Shown: piece after piece, positions 56,601 to 64,000 of the stretch | How the letters are laid out: every line of letters starts with the position of its first letter | Position numbering within the stretch: position 1 is the first letter of the stretch | Source of the DNA: Thecamonas trahens ATCC 50062 | Taxonomy: Eukaryota; Protista; Apusomonadida | Length of the DNA: 64,000 bases | Assembly: GCF_000142905.1 (NCBI RefSeq) | Contig: NW_013657674.1 | Span: forward strand, 90,393 to 154,392 | Reading direction: 5' to 3' | The notes under the pieces: generated by a model | Told to the model about the DNA's origin: nothing | Seen by the model: the letters and a program-made list of their open reading frames with translations, nothing else | Database searches by the model: none | Position numbers and translations under genes: made by a program

Positions 56601-57380
56601 TCGCCCAACTCGTCGATGCTGTGGATCCAGCTGATGGCGTTCCATCTCTCGCAGACGCAGATTGCCGAGGCGCGCGAGGTTGCTGAGAAGGCACTCAAGA
56701 CGATCTCGTTCAAGGAGGAGACCGATAAGCTCAACGTGTGGGTGGCGTACCTCAACCTCGAGAACATGCACGGCACGCAGGGCTCGCTCAACAAGGTCTT
56801 CAAGCGCGCAGTCAAATACAACGACGCGTTCACCATCCACGAGAAGCTGCTGGAGGTGTACGAGGCGTCGTCCAAGTGGGAGGAGGCCGACGCGCTGTGG
56901 GACATCACCGTCCGCCAGTTTGGCAAGGCCTACTCGCGGGCGTGGACCGGGTTCTTCATGTTCAAGCTCCGGCACGCCAGCGCCGACGAGGCGCGCTCTG
57001 TCTTGCAGCGCGCGATGCAGTCGGTGCCCAAGACCAAGCACACCAACCTGGTGACCAAGTGCGCGACGCTCGAGTTCAAGTTTGGCTCACCAGAGCGCGG
57101 ACGCACGCTGCTCGAGGACGTACTGGCGTCCAAGCCGAAGCGGCTCGACGTGTGGAACGTGTACGTCGACATGGAGACCAAGCACGGCTCGAAGAAGCGC
57201 ATCCGCAAGATCTTCGACCGCATGATCCTGCTCCCGCTCCCGCTTGCCAAGATGCGCAAGGTCTTTGCCCGCTACCTCGCCTTTGAGGCCGAGCACGGCG
57301 ACGAGCGCAAGCAGGCCGGCGTCCGCGAGAAGGCGCAGGCCTTTGTCGAGGCATGGAAGGCCAAGCACGACGAAGAGTAA
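50631..57380 (+). CDS. RRP5: rRNA biogenesis protein Rrp5 (S1 repeats + HAT repeats)
   Basis: Multiple S1 repeats (SVEDHGY, YGVFIRI...GMAHISELS); FERLLLASPNSSMLWIQLMAFHL; EFKFGSPERGRTLLE. Confidence 0.94.
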   Translation: MASSKHKGKKKKAKTGSKRRREVEEAPASVAAFPRAEDGADVSSAVGEGPPRKRKKKKKAATGAGSFVRGTTAVLTPLERRLIREQAARDAAAEAAGAVPAAVLRAGKTTLPVGAGGFVPGFLRDDLHDVEDTDAAVEENIAALRPSAASDSTENVHMVSLRSREGLAVGTTVLGVVVSVSPMHMSVSLPSGITARVSITEVSSALTAKLQRIAAAEEAGDDAAETWVDLTDLYAPGTYVAGVISEVDTTSSRRVAITLEPRLVNARLTSSAIVPDSNVWGAVTSVEDHGYVISFGIPHVSGFLLKSDAKNIEYVEGQAAYFSMINLNETSTAGVIPLRPLALRTITEPHEDLTLDAVNVGARVKATIVAANDYGLVVSILGFLKATLHVEEMGLVDPAAYSVGKTINARVIIFKQDGTGIGLSIAKAVVNFEPPASPDAITRGAVYDDVTVVRVSPLGLIVALPLPSAAGPASDDDETDDTPTAVSPALVPPTFINNDRSIASYADLQERFGPGSTVSVRVIAYSHIQAIFKVACAPALVKAPFLFASELEIGAPVTGEVIVVEPEYVQVRLSPFCVASVTRAHLADVYVSDATARLKVGAHFSGAVLRISGPRVALTAKPSLLKAQYPVLKSIDEAASLINSLVSGVITKVDNRSGVYVAFYGDVFGIVRPSHLAASYIEIPSDIFNVGQVVSARVLAFNPEDITAGVPIPISFLRTERQEKMKLEARGASRAPLAAKLYKTLKTFHAGELITPGVHCTVDVVEIKPRTVVVSITRDDGAPPVIASIASYRVTDYPEMFEATRSALQVGPWRADIFPALRIISNVIEQSRYSLQLSIKESDVAGPLPASLADMQIGEVYTGTVSGCATYGAFVTLANDVNVLIPIKNILFGGYYVDDIDSVVPTHSTVAFELTELDLETQRATGSMATGAVLASSSRWMRGLLARRAALSAASDIPNLVPGLPRTATVKHILPTGLITSFDEAHASDPTSTTTISGFTSTSQTGSSAVVPGSVVEGLVLDFDPTSAIADLSLADSLEGAEFVADYASLAAARTSTSRKSKKGKGKGKGKDKAAASVEGGSVKATVQLIKPCYAVVTTSDAIGYVPLVGYNDAVLVSKAAGSLDSGSDDNDDDDGDEASGKTPAVTHLGRLRTQRLEALPVAGASGTVTLQAGVGNSAIVFAAPEIDVTRVSSARKSSGSFGDAGNKTLTLSTGAVASPTDVVTAADLTIGDRVVGRVLKKFANQIEVRLGRKVKARVHSTEVFDELPDKATTLAPSFPFADIELGSLVEAKVLAFNERMGSGGLAVTGRSRTKKRQAIELTMRPAVLAKPDGKISTKHLVKVHKLKRGDKLTGFVQGCDEACMWVALDCMSRGRVDILQMPAEDVADSSFARKYAPGSAVDVYVTDVTDKVGVSLSLLSPADAELREGMLVPARVMAVTSVFVSLVIGSGEVVVAPLSQLSDVWGGEVIKSFTTGEVRIVAIVRVGPPENMETSSFVARVSLRPSRLENPLEGLVPTQARSAKLAELTAKEVLTTPMPEYTSVNQLVKGQLVHAYIEDVTNKGAFITLGDRLNGRVLLRDMTDAYIKDLKSAFPRGMHVIGRVLSIDPVAGFVNVTLKTSAVGATGNEREITIHTLKAGKRVSGVVSQVATYGVFIRINNSSVSGMAHISELSNTRVTDISALYSPGDHVRALVLKVDRERNRVSLGLKPQYFVNDDESDSDSDSGSGSASEVIDMDGSDSDGSGSDGSGSDSDVADMEVQGAVKLLDADADSSSDDMAALRSGLADMDESGSASASSDDASSGSAASDSHSSDSASFIGADGSDLFADADLDPASDPNLLTRLLAGMGTKAAVKSKAKAKAKAKAKAKAKAKAKAKAKAKAKAKTKKSKRGSSSSGSASSSSGSASSSSSSSSSSSSSSSSSSSSSVVMEGEMDVAGGRNATRREKRAAAKKKQRAEEAQTRALEAALVDASKAPESVDEFERLLLASPNSSMLWIQLMAFHLSQTQIAEAREVAEKALKTISFKEETDKLNVWVAYLNLENMHGTQGSLNKVFKRAVKYNDAFTIHEKLLEVYEASSKWEEADALWDITVRQFGKAYSRAWTGFFMFKLRHASADEARSVLQRAMQSVPKTKHTNLVTKCATLEFKFGSPERGRTLLEDVLASKPKRLDVWNVYVDMETKHGSKKRIRKIFDRMILLPLPLAKMRKVFARYLAFEAEHGDERKQAGVREKAQAFVEAWKAKHDEE
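56205..56416 (+). repeat. (AAGGC[C/T])n encoding (KA)n, followed by (TCC)n poly-Ser, within RRP5
   Basis: Seen directly; in frame. Confidence 0.9.
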
Positions 57381-57542
57381 ATCCCGTATTGGTGCAAAAT
57401 AATGTCTCGCGATGTGGTGTTCAACACACTATGGCGAGTGGACACGAGCACTTGAGCAACCACGCTCGACTTTGTTTGCAACGACGCTACAGGATGGGTG
57501 ATGCACACGCAAGAATGATATCCCTAGACCGGGAAGTGACTA

Positions 57543-60500
57543 CTACGAGGCAGCAGCCCACTTTTCGATGAGCCGCTGCGACGCCGAGTCCTCGGCTTGG
57601 CCGCGCGGCTCGCACAGCAGCGAGTACGAGTACAGTGGGCGGTCGTCGACAATGAGGCACGACTTGAGGTAGGTGGTGACGTCATCGTCGGCGACAAAGT
57701 CAAACTCCGAGTCCTGGAACTTGCAGATAGAGAGGATGGCGGTGGCGATCGTGCGCCACTTGTCAAAGTTGACGAGCGCAGTGCCGTCGATCCGCTTCGG
57801 GTTGCCATCATCGAGGAAGGTGAGGTCCTTGAGGAGCAGGCCAAAGAATGGCACAGCTGGTGAGGTATCGGAGAGCAGGTCGCGGTAGTGCGCGTAGTTG
57901 GACTTGGGCGACATGACGGCCTCCAGCTGGTGAAGCGTGGCGAGCGACTTGGAGGGGAGGCCGGCCCAGGTCTTTTTGAGCCGCTGGACTGACGCAAGGT
58001 TGAGGCCCGAGATGACGGCCATGAGGCCGTTAAAGTTGCGGTGGTCGTAGAACTCCTTTCCGAGCGTGATGATGTGCTTGAGAATGGCAACGCGCTTCTT
58101 GAGGTCGGGCATGAGGCAGATCTCCGACGCCACCCAGTACGAGACGTGGTTGAACGAGTCGACAAACGCAGAGAGGTTCTCCGAGTACACCCGGAGGAAG
58201 CCCTTGGACTTGTCGCCCCACATCTGGACGGTGAACTCTTCCGGGCGGACGGCCACAAACTTCTCCATCTCAAACAGCGTGTAGTTGCGAGCGAGTTCGA
58301 CGGCGTCGTACTCGACGAGCTTTCCCCACTCGTGGGCGATGCCGCCCGACGGGCCCTCGAGCTTGGCCTCCTTGTACCCGTCAAACTCTGTAATCTTGGC
58401 CTCGATGAGGGCATCGATCTGCTCGGCCCGTGCCCGGATGTCGTCCGAGTCACCGACCTCGCGGACGAGCGAGACAAAGTTCATGACGCCCATGACCATG
58501 ACCTCGTCGTCGTGAAAGTCGTACCAGTTGTTCTCCACCCAGTGCATGACAAAGTCGATGGCCCGTGTCTGGATGATCGGCCGCCACGTCGAGACGTACG
58601 CCAATTGCTGGCCGGTGGCTCCGGCCGGTGCCACGCAGTTGAACCGGCCCATCACTGTCTCGAGCACAAACTTGGGCTTGATCGCGTGCCGGAAGCATAG
58701 GAGGAAGACCGTCTCGTAGCCCGGCGGCGGGTCCGATTCGGACACCAGGAGCGAGATGAGCTTCTCGGGCGTCCCGGCCTCCACCTTGTTGTTGATGTAA
58801 ACCAGGACTTCAGTCTCGCCCTCGAGAATGGCCTTGCGCTTGACAAGCGTCGGCGCGCTGGCCAATCCTGCTGCCGCCAGCCCGGCTGCCAGCGAGAACG
58901 ACTTGCCCTTGCGGAGCGTCATCCGTGACTGCTTCTTGGTCACCGGCCGCATCAGCGCCTCATTGATGCACGAGGTCGGCATGGCCGCCACAGACTCGAG
59001 CGCGTTGACCCACCGTGACTTGTCGGCCGCGTCCTCAGCCCGGAAGACCACCACGTCGCCGCCCATCGCCTCGGGCGTCGTCAGCGAAAACGCGTGTGAG
59101 TGCGAGGTCTCGGGCGATCGCGAGATCGCACACCCGGGCACCGGCAGCCGGTCGATGACCGTCCGCCCGTTGAGCTTCATAAAGTAGAGCACGGCGTTTT
59201 CGAGTAGAAAGTGCCGCCGCTTCCACTTGTTGAACATGCCCCGTTTGAGCACCAGCTTGCCCGAGGTCGGCGGGTGGAGCTCGAGCTTTCCGTTGGCCGA
59301 GATCGACGGCGAGCGTGCAGTCCGCACCGCCGGCACCGTCTCTGGCAGGTACGCCGCGCCCGACGCCGCCGTGTCTTCGTCGACCAGCCGCTCTTCCACG
59401 TTCTCGCGCTTTGACCGCGGGAGGAGCACAACCTCACGTGCAGTGATGGCATCCGACGCCGACGCCGGCGAAGACGGGCCAGCCTTAGTCGGCGAGACGG
59501 TGACTGCCGTCGCCGCTGCGGCCGACACCGGCGTAGCCACCGCCACCCCGGTCTCGCCCGACTCGGACGAGACCTCGTCGAGCGACTCGGCCGTGTACGC
59601 CACCGCCGAGAGATCCTCCGACTCGAGAATGTCTCCGAGGTCGCCCATCAGCTTCTGGATGTCCAGCACCCGCGACCGCTCCTGCGTCTCCACTGTTGTC
59701 GCCGCTGCTGTTGGAAGCTCGAGCTCAAACGGCTGGATGCTCTCCTGGACCGATCCGATCGACGCCGAAAGCCGTGCCGTCGTCAGCAGCGACAACGACA
59801 TCGACACAGCGCGCCGCCGGTGCTGCTTGTTCCGCTTCGACGAGCCAGGCAAGTCGGCTTTGGCGCTCGGAAGCGGCCGGTCGCGGCCCTTGCGGACCGG
59901 AACCTTGCGCCCACTCCGCCCGCTCGCTTTGCTGCTCCCGCCGTTGGCAGCGCTGGCCGCCGTCATGGCGCCCACCGCTGCCTGACCCTCAGGCGAGTCA
60001 AAGTCGACATCGAGCGACGAGAGGTTGACCGTCGCCGCACGCCGTGAGTTGTGCTTCACCGCAGCCTTTGGTTCAAACTTGGACGCGTCTTGCCAGTCGG
60101 TGATGAATCGCGAGTGTGCGCCGTGAGAGGCCGTTCCGACGCCAAACGACTCAAGCCGGTGGTTGAGGCCCATCGGGCCCTTGACTTCGAGCTTGGAGTC
60201 GTCGTGCTCGTCTGCTGGGTCGAGGTACGGGCCGACAATCGAGGCAATCAGCTCGCGCAGCTCGTTGGCGCATCGCTGAACCGCCACTGCCCGCTCCGCC
60301 TCGGCCCGCACTGCCACCCGCCCAGCCTTGGCCGCCTCCACAAGTTTGGCCGCCAGCGACTGCGGGCCGGTCCAGTCCAGCTCGTCAAGCACTTCGGTTG
60401 TCGCTGCAATCGCTGTCATCGATCTCAGCATCCGCCGCACCAACAAAATGGCCTTGGGGTCTACGTCGCCACCGTCCGCCTCGTCGTCCGGCACCACGTC

Positions 60501-61969
60501 GTCGACGTCGGCGCCGGCCTGCGTCAAGTAGATGCAGAGCTCCGCGTTCTCCACAAGGAACGACCTCAACTGCTGGTCAAGCATAGACTTGACGCTTGGT
60601 GCCTCATCGAGCACTGCCGACGCCCGCTTTGGCGGCTCGGAACTCACGGCTTGTCCTCGAGCCGCGCTCTCACTCTCGCTCTCTCTCTCCTCGGCTGCAC
60701 TCGCACCAGGCGCGTTGGTCGCGGCCATCGACGAGACCACCGCGTTGACGTCCCCGGTCAACTTGACAAGGAGCTTCTTGAGCAGCGCTAGCGCAGGAAC
60801 AAGAGCCTCGCCCTTGGCAGAAAAAACGGCTTTGACGTGGGTCAGCAGCGCAGTAGCGTCAGTCTGCAGCGTTGACGCGTGCATCTCGGCATTGGCGGCG
60901 GTAGCCGCATCCTGGCGGAGTGTCCCGATGAGATCCTTGACCGGCTTGACGGCAGCTGCTATGTTCGACTTGATGGTGCCGACGTCCTCGGCCGTCACCG
61001 CCGTCAGCACCGTCCGCACCGTCCGCGCGTAGGCCTTGCCCAGGTCGCGGAGCTTGGCAACAACCTCGTCCGGCAGCCTAGCCGCCGGGGCCGGCCGAGC
61101 CGGCGAAGACGCCCGGATGTCATTGAGCGTCTCAATGATGCGCTGCGAGCGCTTGCGCGACACGGCGTTGGCACACGTCTTACACACGGCCTTGCCCTTG
61201 CGCGAGGCAAACAGCGTGCCGGTCAGATTTGACCCGCACGACGAGCAGTTGAAGCACTGCGCATGCCACGAGGCGCCGAGCGCCGACACATGGTTGTCCG
61301 TGATGACCTGCGAGCATGCTGTGCACCGCTGCCAACCTTGGAGTGGTAGTGCTCGCTGCAGTACGGCATGTTGTCGACTGTAAAGTACCGGCCCGACGCA
61401 AACGGCTGCCTGCACGTGGTGCACACAAAACAGTCTGTGTGCCAGTGCTGGTCGAGCGCCGTCAGATGCGCCCCAAACACAGACTCTTTGCATCCCGCAC
61501 ACCGATGCGCAAACGTGCCCATGAAATCGGCGTGGCAGTACGGCGAGCCCTCGTGCTCATGGTACTGCGTGCCCAACAGCGACGAGCCGCAGACCACGCA
61601 CACAAAGTGCTCCTTGTGCCTGTCGTCCTCTCCCGCCATCCCCACGCCCACCACACACCCGCACACCCACACACCCACCACACCCACCACACCCACCATC
61701 ACACACCCAATGAGTCTCACATGCCCTACATCCCGCACTCGCCGCCTCTCCACCCTCAACACGGTCACCTGTCCCCACCTGGGGTTGCTGAAAAATTGGC
61801 ACGCGTTGCCGCCTCAGCCGACTTCAGGCGTAGCAGCCACGCACGGCGAGCGAGTCGAAAGCCGTCCCACACACACGGAGCGCCTTTCCTTGCCACGTAC
61901 CACCTTTTTCCCCATAGCAGACACACGGGGCTCTGCAGGCTCTAGCCTTTGCTTGCAGCCTGCACACGA
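57543..61969 (-). CDS. LIM x3 + helical bundle + PH + REM + CDC25 RasGEF; 5' end lost in or beyond the gap; intron ~61900-61620; frameshift ~61332
   Basis: LIM motifs (WHTDCFVC, WHAQCFNC, HKEHFVC); PH (WKRRHFLL...KSRWVNAL); AGTPEKLI; FNHVSYWV; RNFNGLMAVISGL...RLKKTW; VPFFGLLLKDLTFLDDGN; VNFDK. Confidence 0.88.
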
Positions 61970-62333
61970 NNNNNNNNNNNNNNNNNNNNNNNNNNNNNNN
62001 NNNNNNNNNNNNNNNNNNNNNNNNNNNNNNNNNNNNNNNNNNNNNNNNNNNNNNNNNNNNNNNNNNNNNNNNNNNNNNNNNNNNNNNNNNNNNNNNNNNN
62101 NNNNNNNNNNNNNNNNNNNNNNNNNNNNNNNNNNNNNNNNNNNNNNNNNNNNNNNNNNNNNNNNNNNNNNNNNNNNNNNNNNNNNNNNNNNNNNNNNNNN
62201 NNNNNNNNNNNNNNNNNNNNNNNNNNNNNNNNNNNNNNNNNNNNNNNNNNNNNNNNNNNNNNNNNNNNNNNNNNNNNNNNNNNNNNNNNNNNNNNNNNNN
62301 NNNNNNNNNNNNNNNNNNNNNNNNNNNNNNNNN
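61970..62333. other. Assembly gap
   Basis: N run. Confidence 0.99.
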
Positions 62334-62724
62334 TCCCCCCTCCCCCTCCCTCCCCCCTCCCCTTCCCCCCTTCCCCCCTCCCCCTCGCCCCCCTCCCCCC
62401 CCCCCCCCTCCCCCCTCGCCCCCCCCCTCAACCTCACTTCCAACCACCCCATCTTCGTCTTCCTCTCGGGCTGCTTACTCGGTTTGTCCACAGGTCGCCA
62501 AACTCGAACGCCATGCCTCCACCGACCGCGTCTCCGAGTGCGGTGGCTGGAGTGTTGGAGGACCGGCGGTGGGCGGCTGGCCGGTCGGCTGCTGTCGCCT
62601 CGTCGTTTCGCCGGCCGCCGTCCCTGATCTTCCTCACAAGGGGGGAGGGGGGAGGGAAGGCCTATCCAGACCACTCCCTACGCTTCGACCTTTAGAGGTT
62701 GCTGGTGGACCAGACGGGGCTGGT

Positions 62725-63762
62725 ATGCGTGAGGCGAGCGGGTTTGTGAAGCGCCGGGTTTTTCCGTTGTGGTGGTGGGCGGTGGTGGCGGTGGTGGCGG
62801 TGGCTGGCTGCCTGGCGGTGGCGGTGGCGCTCGGCTGGCAGCAGCCGGCGGCCAATGCGCGGCGAACGGTGGGCGCGATTGGGCTGGACGAGGTGGGCGT
62901 GGACGGGGTGCTACATGGGGTGCGGCTGCCGTCGGGGTGGGTTATGCCGCGAATTGGGCTGGGAATGGCAGCGATAGGCCCGGGCGCGCCGTCGCGGGCG
63001 GCGATGGAGACAGCGCTGGAGCTCGGGTACCGGAGTTTTGACACAGCCGCGTTCAAGGCTGTGTGGTACGCCAACGAGGACGTGGTGGGCGAGGTGGTGG
63101 CGGAGGCGAAGAACGTGGTACGAAGCGAGCTGTTCATCACCACCAAGCTCCATCCAGCCGACCATGGCCCGGGTGCGGCGGCGGCGGCGATCGCGGCCTC
63201 GCTCCGCAACTTGAGGACTAGCTACATTGACCTCATGCTCATCCACTACCCCGAGTGCTGGAGCGATATCTGCGATGGCATGGGCACGCCCGACGGCGAC
63301 TGGCGCGACTCTTGGCGGGTTCTCGAGGCTGCAGTCGAGGCAGGCACCATCCGCTCGATCGGAGTCTGCAACTTTTCTCCGCGGGAACTGGCCGAGCTTG
63401 GAGCGCTGGCGCGGATCCCAGTCTCGGTCGTCCAGTCGCGTTACGATGTGCTTCAAGCGGGCGTGGACGACGCTGTAGTCGCTGCAGCCACGGGCATCGG
63501 TGCCGTGTTTACCGCTTACTCTCCGCTTGGCGGCCAGTACTGGAACGCAGCAGTCAACCCTGTCCTCTCCCATCCGACGGTGACCGCCATCGCTGCCGAG
63601 CTGGAGACTTCCCCCGCCCATGTTGTTCTCCGCTTCCTACTCCAGCGCGGCATGACTGCGGTGCCGCGCTCGACCTCGCGTGCGCACATGGCCGCCAATC
63701 TCGCGACCTTGTCGCCTCCCGGGCTGACTCCCTCCCACATGAGGGCTATGCGTGCGCTGTAG
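62725..63762 (+). CDS. Aldo-keto reductase with N-terminal signal anchor
   Basis: MPRIGLG, FDTA, Y(ANE), RSELFITTKL, YIDLMLIHYP, IRSIGVCNFS and AYSPLG motifs; hydrophobic N-terminus. Confidence 0.9.
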   Translation: MREASGFVKRRVFPLWWWAVVAVVAVAGCLAVAVALGWQQPAANARRTVGAIGLDEVGVDGVLHGVRLPSGWVMPRIGLGMAAIGPGAPSRAAMETALELGYRSFDTAAFKAVWYANEDVVGEVVAEAKNVVRSELFITTKLHPADHGPGAAAAAIAASLRNLRTSYIDLMLIHYPECWSDICDGMGTPDGDWRDSWRVLEAAVEAGTIRSIGVCNFSPRELAELGALARIPVSVVQSRYDVLQAGVDDAVVAAATGIGAVFTAYSPLGGQYWNAAVNPVLSHPTVTAIAAELETSPAHVVLRFLLQRGMTAVPRSTSRAHMAANLATLSPPGLTPSHMRAMRAL

Positions 63763-64000
63763 AGCCGTTGAGGACTTGATTTGGTTCCAGGTTGTGTAAC
63801 GTGCGAGGAAAAGCAGACGATCGGATTCATGATACAGCAATGATACAGCACCAGTAGAGGGCACTGGGAAGGGTGGCCGCCAGGGTGGAGGGGGGGGTGG
63901 GTGGGGAAGGCTGAGTCCATTGGGGGGTGACAGGATTTTTTGCCGTCAAAGAAGCAGGCCCCACGGCTTGCCACCTCCCGCCGAGGGAGGAGGGGAGGAG

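Overview
GC-rich, gene-dense, intron-poor eukaryotic DNA from a flagellated protist. The composition, GTACG-type donors and gene set suggest an apusomonad such as Thecamonas trahens, but that is an inference. About 27 protein-coding genes are supported, mostly on alternating strands: GCP3, a Zn2Cys6 transcription factor, a 7TM gustatory-receptor-like channel, RPS26, a tandem-E2 BIRC6-like protein, a histidine phosphatase, HSDL2, a PH protein, PTH2, CDKAL1, an ependymin-like protein, a canopy/saposin-like protein, V-ATPase F, a DHH-DHHA1-KH fusion, axonemal dynein DNAH1, an MGCC-acylated Ser-rich protein, VMA12/TMEM199, VAMP7, ZSWIM2, BET1, prolyl oligopeptidase, RRP5, a LIM-PH-RasGEF, an aldo-keto reductase and three hypothetical proteins. 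Five genes are split by single missing bases, probably assembly errors. Repairing one reveals a complete insect GR/OR-superfamily-like (7TMIC) protein that the ORF track hides. Other highlights are an AT-rich 10 x 36-bp dyad array in a divergent promoter, a nanoRNase-KH fusion and a protein with two apparently catalytic E2 domains. I found no rRNA, tRNA, CRISPR array or transposase. There are four assembly gaps.
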